Shown in pieces: positions 30,137 to 32,000 of a stretch of 32,000 bases of DNA. The notes beneath the pieces were generated by a model that worked only from the letters and a program-made list of their open reading frames with translations, was not told the origin of the DNA and made no database searches. Within the stretch, counting starts at the first letter, position 1. Each line of letters opens with the position of its first letter. The stretch lies in assembly GCF_000011125.1 (NCBI RefSeq), contig NC_000854.2, positions 1,320,001 to 1,352,000 of the forward strand, read 5' to 3'. Both the position numbers and the translations under genes were made by a program. The stretch comes from Aeropyrum pernix K1. GTDB lineage: Archaea > Thermoproteota > Thermoprotei_A > Sulfolobales > Acidilobaceae.

Positions 30137-30290
30137 GCAGGGTAATGCCCCAAGGTTGAAATTTTATGACGTTTTCAACGCTAAACTATCGGCAACTCAC
30201 ATATATACTATATCATTATTCTGTATTAAATATGCCCCTCTAATCTAACCTATAATGATCCTTAACACAATGTGAAAAGGGTGGTCATGC

Positions 30291-31271
30291 TTGGCCATGA
30301 ATCAGAGGCTAATGATTGCGGGAGCCGCCGTAGTCATAGTTATAATTTTGATAGCTGGCTATCTATTGCTCCAGGGAGGAGAGGAAGTCAGGCTGGTAAT
30401 GGGTACAGGATCGCCCGGCGGGATTTACAACCCGCTGGGGTTTAAGATAGCAGAGGTTGTCTCGAAGTATAGCGATAAAGTGGAGATAGAAGCCCAGGAG
30501 AGCGGAGCCAGCGTCGCTAACGCCAAGGGTATAAAAGCCGGGGACTACCAGCTGGCTATGATGCAGAGCGACGTAGCATTCTTCGCGTACAACGGAAAGC
30601 TCCTGAAAGACTTCGAGGGCAACCCCGTTGAGGACCTGAGAGCCCTAGCAGCACTCTACCCAGAGCCTATACAGATAGTAGCTAGAGCCGGGGCGGGAAT
30701 AGAGACGATATGGGACCTTGAGGGCAAGAGGGTTGCCGTCGGTAACCCTGGCAGCGGTCTATATGCAACCGCGTACACTATACTAAGTGCTCTAGGCCTA
30801 TGGGATAAGATAGACAAGGTGGAGTTCGGCTTCGCAGAGGCTAGCAGCGCTATGAAGCAGGGCACAGTGGACGTCCTCTTCATAGTGGCTGGAGTGCCCA
30901 CACCTAAGATCGAGGAGATAGCAACCCAGGTTGACGTTGTGCTCGTTAAGGTTCCAGACGACGCTATACAGAAGCTGAAGGACGCAGGCTTAGGTAATCT
31001 ATACCTGAAATACACTATACCCGCGGGCAGCTATGACTTCCAGAAGGAGGATGTGACAACGCTTACCGTCACCGCGCTACTAGTGATAGATAAGGATGTG
31101 CCAGAGGACATTGCTTACGAGATAGTTAAGACTATGTTCGAGCATCTAGACGAGATAAAGACGGTGCACGCAAGAGCTCAAGACATAAGCCTCGATAAAG
31201 CGCCTATAGTGCCTATACCACTGCACCCAGGCGCTGAAAAGTACTATAAGGAGCAGGGGGTACTATCCTAA
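30291..31271 (+). CDS. TAXI-family TRAP solute receptor
   Basis: Signal/TM N-terminus; VRLVMGTGSPGGIYNPLGFKIAEVV, YQLAMMQSDVAFFAYNG, LEGKRVAVGNPGSGLYATAYTILSALGL, IPIPLHPGAEKYYKEQGVL. TTG at 30291 or ATG at 30297. Confidence 0.94.
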   Translation: MAMNQRLMIAGAAVVIVIILIAGYLLLQGGEEVRLVMGTGSPGGIYNPLGFKIAEVVSKYSDKVEIEAQESGASVANAKGIKAGDYQLAMMQSDVAFFAYNGKLLKDFEGNPVEDLRALAALYPEPIQIVARAGAGIETIWDLEGKRVAVGNPGSGLYATAYTILSALGLWDKIDKVEFGFAEASSAMKQGTVDVLFIVAGVPTPKIEEIATQVDVVLVKVPDDAIQKLKDAGLGNLYLKYTIPAGSYDFQKEDVTTLTVTALLVIDKDVPEDIAYEIVKTMFEHLDEIKTVHARAQDISLDKAPIVPIPLHPGAEKYYKEQGVLS

Positions 31272-31307
31272 AGTTAAAAACCGAGATATAGTAAGGAAGC
31301 CTCAGAG

Positions 31308-31676
31308 TCACAAGCTCTTTTCTACAATAACATCCTTTACTCTCGATTTATCTATCAGCTTAAAGACGGGGCAGTTTTCAACCCCCTTCAAAACTGCTTC
31401 CTCGGATGCAGGTGCACGGATCCTAACGACTATATGTTCTATCTCCTCCTTGCCTTCAAGCAGCTTGTCTACGTTAACGTAAGCCTCGATAGAAACGCTC
31501 ACCTTATCGACGCCAGCATTCTCGGCAACCTTCTTACCTATACATGCTGAAAGCATTGACAGCATGAAAGAGGGGTTAAGAGTAGCCAGCTCGAACTCCC
31601 TACCTCCTTCAACAACTGCTTTCCCCTTCTCGGCGTCGACAAGCGACTTAGCTTCGAAGAACTTTATGACTGGCAT
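31308..31676 (-). CDS. OsmC-family protein
   Basis: LATLNPSFMLSMLSACIGKKVAENAGVDKVSVSIEAYVN...VENCPVFKLIDKSR; OsmC-like arrangement with two Cys. Confidence 0.72.
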   Translation of the reverse strand: MPVIKFFEAKSLVDAEKGKAVVEGGREFELATLNPSFMLSMLSACIGKKVAENAGVDKVSVSIEAYVNVDKLLEGKEEIEHIVVRIRAPASEEAVLKGVENCPVFKLIDKSRVKDVIVEKSL

Positions 31677-31745
31677 CTAAGCACTCCCCCGGTAACGTGG
31701 ATATTAGGATGGGGGGTTTCAAGTCTCCCTCTTAAGGGCTAACAG

Positions 31746-32000
31746 CTAGCTCTTGCTTGGTATGAACTTGCCTAGAATGCCGGCGAATGCAGGAAGGTTT
31801 CTAGTCTGGACCCATAGATCGGCAGGACCCTCGACATCGACTACAACTCCCTCTCCGCCTAGGAAGAAGGTTTTCCAGCCTCCAAACTTTCTTATGTTCC
31901 ACTTTCCACCCTTTATTGCCACGAAGTGCCCGTTGTCAATGGTAATCTTCTCGCCAGGACCTACCCTTATATGCTCCAACGCGCCGAAACTGTTTATAAA
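31746..32000 (-). CDS. AIM24/DUF124-family protein, C-terminal part (5' end beyond window)
   Basis: EHIRVGPGEKITIDNGHFVAIKG...GGWKTFFLGGEGVVVDVEGPADLWVQTRNL. I read the frame open to base 32000 (…FINSFGALEHIRV…), so the ORF start listed at 31979 is probably not the real start. Confidence 0.7.
   Translation of the reverse strand, partial: FINSFGALEHIRVGPGEKITIDNGHFVAIKGGKWNIRKFGGWKTFFLGGEGVVVDVEGPADLWVQTRNLPAFAGILGKFIPSKS

Overview
GC-rich, gene-dense window that looks like a crenarchaeal (Desulfurococcales, Aeropyrum-like) chromosome. This lineage call is inference from protein character; no database was consulted. I see about 29 supported protein genes and no rRNA, CRISPR array or transposase. 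By eye I could not confirm any tRNA. Recognisable genes: ROK glucokinase, a membrane-anchored HerA/VirB4-type ATPase, an endonuclease IV-like / small Trx-fold-like / family-B DNA polymerase / archaeal DnaG primase / AK6-like kinase run, nucleoside phosphorylase + PfkB kinase, thiolase, B12-binding radical SAM protein, queuosine-precursor transporter + CTP-dependent riboflavin kinase, amidohydrolase, two-subunit glycine decarboxylase, peroxiredoxin, two-subunit 2-oxoacid:ferredoxin oxidoreductase, a TAXI-TRAP transporter with a DUF1850-like protein, a class III aminotransferase, OsmC, and an AIM24-like gene cut by the right edge. The best candidate for an under-described system is the 16767..18215 (-) gene: an N-terminal CARF/Rossmann-like region fused to a C-terminal PIN-like nuclease. 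It has no visible CRISPR context and is flanked by the two longest gene-free stretches in the window. The larger stretch (18237-18941) holds several hairpins and a compact TTAAC inverted/direct repeat cluster. Other points of interest are a possible CedB-like DNA-transfer ATPase, a Cys-rich 12-codon uORF overlapping the OFOR alpha start as ATGA, and a hairpin in front of the TRAP permease.
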